This document shows positions 11,665-23,075 of a DNA stretch of 42,337 nucleotides, piece after piece. A model generated the notes under the pieces. That model was not told where the DNA came from and made no database searches. It saw nothing but the letters and a program-made list of their open reading frames with translations. How positions within the stretch are numbered: position 1 is the first letter of the stretch; the number at the start of each line of letters is the position of its first letter. Origin of the DNA: Guillardia theta CCMP2712 (lineage: Eukaryota > Protista > Cryptophyta); the NCBI RefSeq assembly GCF_000315625.1, contig NW_005434564.1, positions 13,818 to 56,154 on the forward strand, given 5' to 3'. The position numbers and the translations under genes were made by a program.

Positions 11665-12738
11665 TCATCCCGAGTAGGGAGGAGGAGGAGGAAGGGTTGA
11701 GTGTCCCGGACGCTGCCATTGAGAGGTATTGGTGGAGCTGTTGTAGAAGTAGATCCTTCCTTCGGGGTCCGTCAAGACCTGCGAGCAAGTCAGCCCCGGC
11801 ACGTGAGGCACTTGCACGTTCACCTGCCATCCGCTCGGCAAGTCGTCCTTGAAGGGGTCTGAAGGAGGAGGAAGAGGAGGTGGAGGTGGGAGGTTGGCGT
11901 GAGGGGGTGGCGCCGCGTATGGAGGAGGAGCAGACCCGCCGCTGCCTCCATTGTACGCGGGGGGAGGAGGCAGATCTGAGTAGGGAGGAGGGACAGAGTA
12001 AGCAGGAGGAGGCGGGTTTGAGGAAGCTGGATTATAGGGAGGAGGAGCGCCAGCGGGAGGCTGATAAGGCGGCGGAGCATTCATGGCGTCTGGATTGGAA
12101 GGAGGAGGGCGTGTGTCCTATAGTACAATCAGCTTCTTCCTCCACACACGACCTACTGACATGCGCAGCTGCTGCTGCGCCTCCTCGGACAGGGGCGCCG
12201 CATGCGGTACCTGCGGTAACATCAGCGTCGTACTTGCAACATGATCGCCGGACAGAAGTTGCAGCCCTCCGCCAGCTTCACTCCGCAGGCATGGCACGCT
12301 TTCTGCGCAGCGCTGCTTGCCACGGGTGTACCACAGCTCGTGCAGAACTTAGCGCCTACGAATCATCAAAACATGACCAGGGTCTGGGACGAGGTGGTGG
12401 AGGAAGAGTAGGGTAGGAGTAGAAGTAGGAGTAGGAGTAGATGTAGAAGGAGTAGGAGGAAGTAAATGACAAAGACAAGGGCGAGGAGGACGGGCGAGGA
12501 AGACGGGCGAGGGCGAGGATGAGATGACCTGGGAGAAGAGACGAGTGACACTGGACACAAGACCCGTTAGCCGACGAGGTAGCTGCTGGGGTCCCGCACT
12601 GCGTGCAGAATCTGAGGAGCTCCGTCAAGAGAAAGTGGAGTAAGAGAATGCAAGAACGATCCGCGAAGAACGAGGCGTCAGCATTGTGGGTACTTACTTG
12701 GAGCTCACAAAGGTGCCGCATTTTACGCAGTTGACCAT
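11665..12738 (-). CDS. Triple double-zinc-ribbon + Pro/PPxY-rich linker + WW domain protein
   Basis: Spliced: MVNCVKCG..KFCTQCGTP..CVQCH..GAKFCTSCGTP..CHACG..NFCTACGAP (6 CxxC), then a Pro-rich region, then LPSGWQVLTDPEGRIYFYNSSTNTSQWQRP (WW). All introns are GT-AG and in frame. Confidence 0.85.
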
Positions 12739-13356
12739 GCTGGGTAAACTGTCGTTTGCAAACTGTATCAAAAAAATGGTAAATCAAAGATGGCAAATCA
12801 AGTATGCATGTATGCACATGTACGATAATGATGAGATCAGATTCTGCTAGTCATTATGTACATCATAATCTTCCTGCTGCTCCCTCCTCCTCCTCCTCCT
12901 CCTCCCTCCTCCTCCTCCTCGCCATCGGTTACTTGACCGAAAATTTCATGTCCCTTCTGTGGTGCTAGCTGATCTGAGGTCGTTTAAAATGTGATTGAAA
13001 GTTTTGCCGGATATTTTCCGGCATTTTACCTCTCAGCCTCGGACTCATGTCAGACAGTGACGGTACGTCAACCATGGGCGAGGGCTCCCACCCCAAGAAC
13101 CGTCACAGAGGAGAGGCCTGTTAGAGACTAGAAGCCGCCATGCTCCGCGAGTTCCGGAAGGTGGCTGACATAGCGATGCGATTCGATAAGAAATGTATGG
13201 TAGACTAGGACAGCCGGATAGCCTGAGCTGTTCTTTCTCAGTTTGCCGTTGCTAGCTGCTGAGAGGCCACATAGCACGACATGTACTTCGATGGGTTTTT
13301 TATTTCTCTGAAGCTTTTCCAAAATGTACGTTTGAATTTCAATAATTGATTGTGCT

Positions 13357-14562
13357 TTAAGCTCTGCGAGCGCGAGGACGATCGAAGGCCTGACCACCCT
13401 GAGCCTGGGTGACCTGCAAGGAGATCAGGACCAACAGTAACTAAAAGGAAACAAGTCAGACCTGGACGTTGGACAAGTTAACATTGAGAGCCTTGAGCAT
13501 GTCCTTGGTGTCGGCGTCAACCTCAATGGTCTCGGCGTCAAGAGCAGAGCGGTCAGGAACGACATCCATGTGTCTCTCTCTCTCCTCCTCCTGGAGCTTG
13601 AGAGAAATACCCCTAACAGGTCCCCGGGAAATTCTCTTCATCAAATGCTGAGCAGCAGACAGTTAGACAGCAATGAGACTGCACCAAGTGTAGAGAACAA
13701 GGGAACGGGCTATACGAGCAGCTCGAGAGATCATGAGATAAACAGAGCAAGCAGGACAGTGCTTGGAAACAAAGAGATCTCACAGTGGTGAACCCGGCGA
13801 TCTTGTTGCGGAGCCTCTTGGAGGGGATGATAGCTACTTCCTCGGCAATCTTCTTGTTGGTTTGAAAGTCGAGGGTGAGTCTGGTGTAGTACTTCTCCAC
13901 CAAGACGCGCGCTGCTCTCTTCACGGTTTTAGTCCTGACACGACCCTGACAAGCTTGTCAGACTCCTGCATATGCAAACGATCCATGTGAAGGGAGTGGT
14001 AGGCCGAGGTAACAAGAGTGTGCAGAACAAAGAATAATTGATTCAACACACACAAGGACGAGCAGTAGCAGAACATCCCGACGTATCATCACTACACAAC
14101 ACATGCACCAAGAAACTTATATGTACACGAAATTTCTGTTCAAACACAATACAACTGCAATCATCAACTCGCCAGGTCGCTACAGACGCTGGCGGTAAAG
14201 TGACGTGCAACGTATTACGGGCACCACAGGTCGATGAACAGGCATCCAGCACACACCAACACGAAATTTGTCAAGATTTCAGAAACAAGAATGAAAATGG
14301 TATATCGAAAGTAAATATACGAGGATGAATGTGGGATGAATGAATAATAAAGGGTGGATGAATGAGACGACTAGCAATCAGGTGAGATGAAAGGGGAAAC
14401 GTTGCAGACAGAAACATTGAAAAGACAGATCAGACATGGCGCACGATGGCTTGATTGTTCAGAATAGGACGAGAAGAGAAGAGCAGAGGGAGAGGAGGAG
14501 CCGGAGGAGGAGGAGCGAGCATCTTGCCGCATGCATAGAACAAGGGGGCTTGACATCACCAT
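13357..14562 (-). CDS. RPS17: 40S ribosomal protein S17 (eS17)
   Basis: M|[45 protein letters not shown]|[25 protein letters not shown]. The ATG at 14562-14560 is followed directly by a GT donor; exon 2 starts 13945; stop at 13357-13359. Confidence 0.97.
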
Positions 14563-14712
14563 CGCTCTGTCGCTATCCGTGTGGCTCGTGCGTTTTTTTT
14601 TATGTACGCCGACTGAGCGGGGATGTGGGGAACCTCAGTAAAAGCCCGGGCCCGGGCCCCGGACTCGACACTACCAAGTCCCGGCGCGGCAGGCAGGACA
14701 TATAAGCGAAAA
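14563..14712. promoter_or_regulatory. 150-bp bidirectional promoter (RPS17 / lumen protein) with palindrome GCCCGGGCCCGGGC at 14644-14657
   Basis: Head-to-head ATGs at 14562 (minus) and 14713 (plus). Confidence 0.55.
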
Positions 14713-16638
14713 ATGCTTCGGACGGTGCTGGCTGCGTCGACCTGCGCCGCCGCCATGGCGTGGGCGCCTGCCCCTGCGTCTTCCCCCTCCTCCCTGAGCC
14801 TCCTAACTGCTCCCGCTTGCTCTCCTTCCTCTCCTTCTCGCTTGGCCGGGTTGAGAATTGCTCGCCAGGATCCCAAGGGTGTTACCTGCTTGCAGTGCTC
14901 CGAGGGATGCGAGAGGCGGCAGGTCCTGCAAGGGATCGGGGCATCTGTTCTTAGCTGGGCCCTGACGTCTGCTGCTCCTTCCTTTGCTGCTGTCAAAGAC
15001 GACGTGACGGAGAAGGTGGAGAAGATCCCGCTCGAGGTGCTGGCCGCCATGGCTGGAGGAAGTGCGAAGGTACCTGCAAAACCCCCACCATACACGAGTG
15101 GTCTGACTTGGACTGGCAGGAGTATGAGGAGGTCAAGGGATCGTTTACCCCCCAGCAGCCCCTCGAGGGCATCGAGCTTGAGCTGTTCCGCCTGTACAAG
15201 TACGCCACTACCAAGATGGACGGCTCCGGCGATCCCAGAACGAGCCTTCGTACTGTTTTCCTCTCCAAGGTGAATAAGAGCACGATGCTGCAAGTTGAAT
15301 GTATGAGGCAGGAGATCATGATGATAAGCGTGCAAATGTAGATGCAGATGCAGATGCAGATGCAGATGCAGATGCAGATGCAGATGCAGATGCAGATGCA
15401 GATGTAGTTGTAAATGTAGATGTGAATGTTGTGTTTCTTTGCCGCTGCAAGAATCTCAATACCATCTAGAGGCTGATTCTTCCATGTTGAAACTCGTTCA
15501 TGACCGATGTCTCTTCTATTCGCTTCTCGTCTATCGCATTCTATCGTTTGCTTCCTCTGTGTATGACCGGGTCACAGGTGGGAGATAGCTTATTCAAATA
15601 CGCTGAAGACAACGGCATCAAGCCTAAGGTCTACGACGCGAGAGGCGACGGGCTGACAAACGGCGGCAAGGGAGGAGTACTGAAGGGATTGCGAGTACTG
15701 ATGGAGGGACTCAAGAAGCAGGGTGAGATACTCCAGTCTCAACATTTCCACACTTCCTCCCCTCGCATCTCCTCTCCCCTGCCTCTCCTCTGCCTCTCCT
15801 CTGTCCTCCCACTCTCCTAAACTCTTTTCCCTCCGCTTATCTTTTCTCTCTTTTCCTCATCCTTCTCATTCCTCGCTTCCGCCTCCCCCCCATCTCGAGA
15901 TGCTCGCGCGTGCTCACGGCCAGCAGGTCTCATCGAGGACTTCAATATCGACACCTCCACCCACGAGGAGATCCAGTGGCAGCAGGCCAACCCCAGCAGC
16001 ATTACTCTCACCACCAAGAAGCCGGTGGGCCTCGCGGCTGCTACCGCGATGCAGGCGGAGAAGGACAGACTGAGTATCTCCCTCCCCCTCGCCTTCGTGA
16101 CTGGCTACCTCAAGCAGTGCAAGGTCATCGCCACCGCTGAGGAGGTGAGGGAATGCGAGGGGAACGGGAGCAGAGGGAGGAGGAACTTGGTGGAAGGCAA
16201 GACGGGGGAGAGAGAAGGAGCAATAGGGACGCAGAAGAAGAGGAGGGAGCGAAGCGAGATGTCTTGGAAGAGGCAAAGAGAGAAGGAAAGGAGGGGAGAA
16301 GAGCATGGAAGCGGAGGAGGGAGGAGCGGAGGAGGGAGGAGCGGAGGGGGGAGGAGCGGAGGAGGGAGGAGCGGAGGAGGGAGGAGCGGAGGAGGGAGGA
16401 GCGGAGGAGGGAGGAGCGGAGGAGGGGAGGAGCGGAGAGAAATTAGTCGGTAGCTCATTCACAGCAGGTGCTGAGTGGAGACGAAGAGAAATTGACTCTG
16501 AACCTCAACTGGGCGGGGAAGGCAAGGCTAGCTAGCAGGTGAGTCCTTGCCCGTTGACCTCCTGCGGTCCTGAGACGACCAACCAGCGTGGAGAGACGCG
16601 TCAACGACAAGTTCAACGCTGCTAGGAGCTACAAGTAG
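14713..16638 (+). CDS. Plastid thylakoid-lumen-targeted protein of unknown function (tripartite presequence)
   Basis: MLRTVLAASTCAAAMA-WAP (ASAFAP-like), an S/P/R-rich transit peptide, then RRQVLQGIGASVLSWALTSAAPSFA-A (twin-Arg, hydrophobic stretch, peptidase site). Six exons splice in frame to ..VNDKFNAARSYK*. Confidence 0.8.
15340..15399. repeat. (AGATGC)10 microsatellite in intron
   Basis: Read directly from the sequence. Confidence 0.95.
16308..16427. repeat. 15-nt tandem repeat (GGAGCGGAGGAGGGA)n in intron
   Basis: Read directly; about 7-8 copies. Confidence 0.9.
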
Positions 16639-16808
16639 ACTGTGAGGAGGGGAAGATGGAAGATGGAGGGCGAGGGGGAGCGGCAGGAGGGGGGGGAGGG
16701 AAAGTCGATGAAAATGGAGACGTAGAGGAAGCAGGAGGTGAGGGAGTGTAAAATTGCATTTCCTTGATAGACCTGAATACATCCGATAACTTGACATTCT
16801 TGGAATGT

Positions 16809-19800
16809 TCATATACAAACGCCTCCGAAATCAGCACGAGGGATCCTATGCACGGGACAGTCATGAAGGAGGAGGCAGAAGAACAGGTAGGGCAGCAACG
16901 AGCAGTATGAGGAGGGGAGGGAGGAAGGAGAGCAGTAGGAGGATAGGATGAGTGGGGGGGATCATGGGGTAGAGTAGTAACAGCTGAGCACAAGTGTTGG
17001 TGAGGTAGTCGGAGAGAGGAGGAGCGTGGGGAGGAGGGAGGAGTGTGGCTGGGATGTTGCATGAGCAACAGCAGAACAGGAGGAGGCTGGAGGAGGTGCA
17101 GGAGGGGCAGAAGGAGAAGTCTCTAGAAAGGTCACCTCATCGCTGGCAGATGCTTCCACCAGAAGGTCTCTCGGCACCTTCGTCACTATCAGGAGGAGGC
17201 AGCACAAGGACCTCCTCCTCTCCCACTCCGTTTCCCTTTCCACTCCCCACTTCCTTCCTTCCTCCTCCGTCCTCCGTCCTCCGTCCTCTGCCCTGCTCTC
17301 TTTCCTCTACTCCGCCTGCTTCTGAACACCTCGGGCCATGCAGGACCTCCACCTCCTTCATACTCGCTGCGCTCCTATCGTTGAATCCGCCTGAAGTCAT
17401 CATGAGCAAGAGAGGGGAGGACAGAGGAGGAGGACGGAGGAAGAGAAGAGAAGAGAAGAGAAAAGACACAGAGAAGGGAGGGAAAGAGGAGAAGGAGATC
17501 AACGAGGAGAACGAGGAGAAAGGGGAGAAGGGGAGAAGGAGGAGAAGAAGGATCAAATGATGTTCTGTCGTTGTTAGCGCACCGATGATGGCGATAGCTT
17601 CCCGTCTTCCTCCCCCTCCTCTTTCGCAGCGACAGGCAGCAAACGAGCTGCGCGACTTGCTCATGCTCATCCACATCCTCCACTCCTTGCGCGCCGACAC
17701 GAACACTTCGCAGGAGAACAGCTGCCTGTCAGCTCAGCCTCAGCTGGGATCGTTGCTCGCATCCCTTCACCTCTTATTGTCACATCCCCCCAGGACAAAG
17801 ATCATGTCCCCCACTGCTACCGCCTTCGCCTCCTCCCTCCCGCTGCTCATGTTCGCCGCTGCCCTCCATCCTCCTCCTCCTGCCCACCAAGCTCGCACGT
17901 CGAGGACCTCAACAGACTTGAGAGCCCTATAGCCATCGTTGCCTCCTGCAGGCTGATGAGGTGGAGCAGAGAAAGAGACGAGTAGGGAGACAAGGGAGAA
18001 AGAAGTAGGGAGGGAGGGAGGAGGGAGGAGGGAGGAGGAGGAGTAGGTAAGAGAGGAGGAGCAGGTAAGGGAGGTAGGAGAGAACGTGGAGGAGGAGGAG
18101 GTAAGACAGGACGAGGAGGGAGGGGGGAAGGAGCGGAGGAGGAGACCGATGGCATAGATCCTGTCGTCACAGACGGCTACTGACAGTCTCGTCCTCTCGC
18201 AGAGCAGGGAGGGTCCCTCCTGCCATCCAGCCCTGCTCCCGAGAAACCTGAAGGAATGTGGATGAGGAGAGGGAGGAGGGGGAGAGGAGGCAGAAGTGGA
18301 GCGGAAAGAAGAAGGGGAAAGGGGGAGGGGGTGGAGGAGAGATGGAGATGAGGAGTGAGGAGTGAGGGAGGAGGAGGCAGAGGAGGAGGCAGAGGAGGAG
18401 GCGGAGGAGGAGGCGGAGGAGGGGGTGGGGGGGAGGAGGTTATACGTTTGTCGGAGATCAAGGATCTGGACTCGGGAGGAGGGAGCGGCGCGATGTCCTC
18501 CAATCACAAACAGCTTTTCGTTGCACACAACAGCTCCAGCCTGTATTTCTCCTCTCAGTTATCAGCACAACTGCCACGTTGTCTCTGCCTCTCCTCCCCA
18601 GCTTCATACATCTTGCCCCAACTTTCCTGTCTTGTTCTCTGTTCCCGCCACTGCTCCCCACCTCCCCTCTCACTCCCTCGTCCTGCATGCCACCCCCCCT
18701 TCCCCTCATCAATCCTCTCCCTCAAACCCCTCCCCAGTCCTCCTCTCCTCCTCCACCTGGCAGACGGGATCCAGCAGGTCTGGCAATCGTTTCCACTGGT
18801 CGCTTGATGGCGGCAAGCAGCTCTTGGCGTGCAAGCAGAACACCTCCTGCAGACCATCCGTGAGGCGGAGGAGGAGGAGGAGGAGGAGGGAAGAGAGGGG
18901 GGAGGAAGATGGCGTGCAAAAGAATTTGGAGGGGGATTGAGAATATGAGGAGTGGGGAGAGGAATGGAAGAGGAAGAGGAGGGGAGGGGAGGGGAGAGAC
19001 AAGTCGAGAAGGAGGGAGGGGAGGGGAGGGAAAAGGAAGAAGAGGAGGAGAGGGGAGGGACAAATGGAGAAGGAGGGGAGTAACAACTTTGCGGTGACGG
19101 CTTCCGTCCCAGCCTCCGATGACAAGGATGTGATCCTTATACGCAACAGTCGCGTGTCCCCTGAGAGGATGCGGAAGCGGCGGCCCCTCCCGCCATACCC
19201 TCTCCCGCCCGCTCAACACCTCCACCGTAGCCTGCCATGAGGCGTGGGCACGCGGCAAAGCAAGAGGAGGAGGAGAACAAGGCAGGGAGACTGGGGCAGG
19301 AGAATTGTGGAGTGAAGACCTGAATTTTGAATCCGTCCCAACCAGCTATCGCCCACAGCGAGAAGTTGTGTTCCTCCTCCTCCTCCTCCTCCTCGTCTCT
19401 CGCCCTTCTCCTGCATCCGGCCTCCTTGTATGGTGCAACTGCCTTCGAGTCATCCTTGCCAGGTCTCGCTTCCTTCCGCGGGAGCAGACGAGGAGGAGAG
19501 GAGAATTCGTCCCTGCTGTTCTGATGAGGATGAAACATGTAGCAGGAAAGCATGCAGGCAGGCAGGAGGGGTGGTGGGGACTTAGGAACGAGTAAGGGCC
19601 TGGGAGGGGTAGAGGAGAGGGTATCAATTGATGTGCTCACAGGGAGTCATACTCCTCCTTGCCATTCACTGAAACCCCCACCATCCCCGTCACCCTGCTG
19701 ATCATCGTCACCAGCTTCCGCACTGTCAAGACCTACACACCTCACTGTGTCGCTTGCTCGCTCCTCCTCCTCCTCCTCCTCCTCCTCCTCCTCCCGTGAC

Positions 19801-20321
19801 TTTGTTTGTCTGAAAGTCAGAGACTGGAACTTCTCGGTATCGGCTGAGAGCGTCTGCATGCGAGGGATGTCTTGGTGCGCTTCTGCTCTCCTCCCACTCT
19901 CACTGGTCAAATCAAAGAGGGACGTCGCTGGGGAGGAAGACACTATCCTCTCCAGCACAGCCACCCTGTCCCGTAGGATCTGCATCGCATGGGAGTCTGG
20001 GGTGAGTCGATGAGCGTCAGGAGGGGAGGGGAAGGTGCCTGGCTCCCTTCCGGTCATCCTCTCCAGCTCCGTTCTCAACCTCCTCGCTTGCAGTCTGGTC
20101 AGAAGAAGCTCGTACATCACCATGTCCTCGTCGTTGAGGATTCTCAACAAGAACTCTCCGTCTACCGCTGCCTTCATGATCGCCCTTGTCCTTAGCCTTT
20201 TTCTGTCCTCCTCGTCTGCTCGGAAAAGATTCCCTACCAGGTTCACCACATCGTTGGTGCTGAGCCAGGAAATGCCTCCCCCTCCTCCTTCTCCTCGCTG
20301 TGACGCTGCTTGCGACGTCAT
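16809..20321 (-). CDS. SAM-domain + Kelch-repeat protein
   Basis: N-terminal WLSTNDVVNLV..VDGEFLLRILNDED..LQARRLRTEL is SAM-like. Kelch blades: LWAIAGWDG, ILVIGGWDG, LFVIGG, IYAIGGNDG, IFVLGG, GGFND, each with downstream W/P-x-L/M motifs. Ends WWKHLPAMRIPRADFGGVCI*. Confidence 0.85.
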
Positions 20322-20981
20322 AACGAGCTCTCCACTGGACCGAGGGTTCGCCTTCCTCTTGAACCTCAGATGCACGCTGGGATGTGCAGAAGTTGAACAA
20401 AAAGCAAGAGGAAGACGAAGACGATAGCGGACCCTCGTTCTCCTCCACTCCCCCTCCCCTCCTCTCCTTCCCTCCTCTCTCCTACGTATCCCCCCGCCCC
20501 CCCACCCCACCCACCCACCCGCTCCACTCTCACCTCTCTTTTTCCTCCCTTTCCCCTCTCTTTCCTCTCTCTCTCCTGCTCACCACTGCCCCCCTCTCCC
20601 AGCCACGTCCTCCTCTCTCCTCTTCTCTCCTCCTCTCTTCTATCTCCTCCTCTCTTCTCACCTCTCCTCCTCTTCTATCTCCTCCTCTCCTCTCCTCTCT
20701 CCTCCTCTTCTCTCTCCACCCTACTTGTCTCCTGCTGTCCTCCCATCCCCTTCCCTCATCTCATCGCATCGTTCCGGGAGACCCTCATACCGTCACCAGA
20801 CTCATCGCTGATCGGTTTGAATCGATTCGAATCCTCACAGAAGTTTGTTGCGGGACTGGACATGGCGTCACCTTCCATGCCCGTCAGGTCTCTCGCGCCA
20901 GACTAAGATTCTCCTCCTCCTCCTCCTCCTCCTCCTCTCTTCTCCTCCTCCTCCTCCTCCTCCTCCTCTTCTTCTTCTTCT

Positions 20982-21081
20982 NNNNNNNNNNNNNNNNNNN
21001 NNNNNNNNNNNNNNNNNNNNNNNNNNNNNNNNNNNNNNNNNNNNNNNNNNNNNNNNNNNNNNNNNNNNNNNNNNNNNNNNN
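20982..21081. other. Assembly gap (100 N) inside a CT microsatellite
   Basis: N run flanked by (CTC)n/(CTT)n. Confidence 1.
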
Positions 21082-21551
21082 TCCTCCTCCTCCTCCTCCT
21101 CCTCTCTCTCCTCTCCTCCTCCTCCTCCTCCTCTTCTTCTTCTTCTCTTCTTCTTCTTCTTCTCTTCTCCTCCTCTTCTCTTCTCCTCCTCTCCTCTTCT
21201 CTTCTCCTCCTCAACTCCTCCTCCTCTCCTCCTCCTCTCCTCCTTTTCTCCTCCTTTTTTGCTTCCTCTCCTCTCCTCCTTCTCTTCTCCTTCTCTTTTT
21301 CTCTTCTCCTCCTCTTCTACTCCCGCATTTCACTCCTTTTCTGAAGTGTTTCTAATGCGATCTGTTGTCTCTACTCTCTTTCCCCTGTGCTCCCCTTCCA
21401 TGCCTTCCCCCTCTTGCTTTCTTTCACTCACATTCGCTCCAGGCAACAGAGGCACACCCTTCGGGAGAGGTCACAGCTGATCAGGCGGAAGACGGGGATA
21501 TGGCTGAAGCATAGGAGAGTTGCGACCAACAAGGCTGCGCTAGTGGCACTC

Positions 21552-23036
21552 ATGGCTCTGACTAGCATGCCAGCATGCTGCTGCTGCCAGCCCAACCTCA
21601 GCACCTCTGTGCCGCTGCAAGCAATGAAGGAGACTGTTGAACTAGTCGAGCTGCCTTCGACGGTGATCAAGAACGCGTGTTCAAGTGGACAGCGAGGCTC
21701 TGCTCCGGCCATCACGGAGACCTCGGATTTTGATAGCATGATGCAACATTGCCATGTGCAGTCATCGTCAACGGATGATCGCAACAGCAGCAACGAGGCT
21801 CAAGGAACGTCTCTCTTCAGCAGGAACAAAGTCAAGCAGAAGTTTCTCTTGTTCGATTTCAACCTCGTCTTTAACACGGTGGTCGTGGGGACCAACGTCG
21901 CCTACTTTCTGTGCACTCTCACCCAGAAAGTCGCGCCGACGTCCGTCGGCGAGTGGGTCAGCACCCTCGTCATCCTTAACATCGTCTTCCCAGGGATGGT
22001 CGTGACCATCGACAGTCTGCCGGGGGATCTAGGTGAAGAGATGGGAAGGGGAGAGCGAGCGGGAGACTGACAGTGTGCAGGCACCTACCTGCTGATTGTG
22101 GTCGTTGAGAGCGTTGCCTGGCTGGTGTTGGCGGACTGGCGGTTGAGAGGAACTTTTCAGAAGCAGAGCGAATGCATCCTTGTGCTGTTGTGAGTCCACT
22201 GACAGACTGACTTGTCCTGACTTGTCCTGACTTTCATGACTTGTCCTGACTTGTTGTCTCAGATTGTGGTCCATTTGCACCAGCTACGTTGCCTGGTCCA
22301 TCCCAGCTCTCTACATGGGATTCGTCGGAGGAAAGCTTGATGCGACTCTCGGCGTTCTCTTCGCTATGATGGTAGGACCTCTAGTCCTACCTTCTTCCTT
22401 GTGTGAACGTGTGGGAAGGTGCAAGGAAGCTGCTACTACCTGCTGGAACTGGTGCTGGTGGAGGAGCATAGAAGGCTGTTTGAGGGTCCTGAAGGCTCAG
22501 CAGGGGGGCAGAGTCCAGCAGAAGAGCGAGCTGTGCTAGAGCAGGAGGCTCTGGATGATTTGACGACTCTGATTCCCTTCACGCGGGGTAGACTAGATCA
22601 CAAGAGGATCGCGCTCCATGCTGGCAGGCAGCTGGACGAGTCTTGTTGCAGGCGGCTGCGGAAGGAGAGCTGCGCGATATGTGCAAGTGAGCTGATTGAG
22701 GTGAAGAAGAAGGTCCTGCTGCGAAGATTGGACTGGTGCGAGCATGTGTTTCATAGGTATGTCAGAAGATGAGATACGAGGGAAACTGCGGGGGGAGGGG
22801 GAAGAATTTTGGAGGAGGGAGAAGGAATTGGGGAAGGGAGGGAGAGGGAGAGCAGCAAGGGGAGGGAAAGGAAGAGAGAAGAGGAAAGGGCAAGAGATGG
22901 GGAGGAAGGGGGAGGAGAGGAAGGGGGAAAGGAGCTCGTAATTGTTGCCAACAGGCAGTGTGTGGATGAGTGGTTGTTGCGACATAATTCGTCATGCCCT
23001 CTGTGCCGGCAAAGACCGCTGGAAGAAGTGACGTGA
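21552..23036 (+). CDS. Multi-TM RING-H2 E3 ubiquitin ligase (5' end uncertain)
   Basis: CAIC..WCEHVFHR|QCVDEWLLRHNSSCPLC is a C3H2C3 RING. Several hydrophobic segments lie upstream (FNLVFNTVVVGTNVAYFLC, WVSTLVILNIVFPG, YVAWSIPALYMGFVGG). Confidence 0.85.
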
Positions 23037-23075
23037 AATGAAATGAAGACAAGAAGCAGAAGTTCTCTCCCTCAT

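Noticed and set aside
13128-13397. 89-aa ORF downstream of RPS17
   Set aside because: Overlaps the RPS17 last exon out of frame and its 3' UTR; no recognisable motif.
14005-14017. GTAACAAG match to the 18S rRNA 3' region as a snoRNA guide
   Set aside because: Only about 8 nt and not adjacent to a D/D' box.
20384-21480. Long S/L/P-rich ORFs across the N gap
   Set aside because: CT microsatellite plus assembly gap. The complex island at about 20770-20890 could be a RING-gene 5' exon but cannot be linked.
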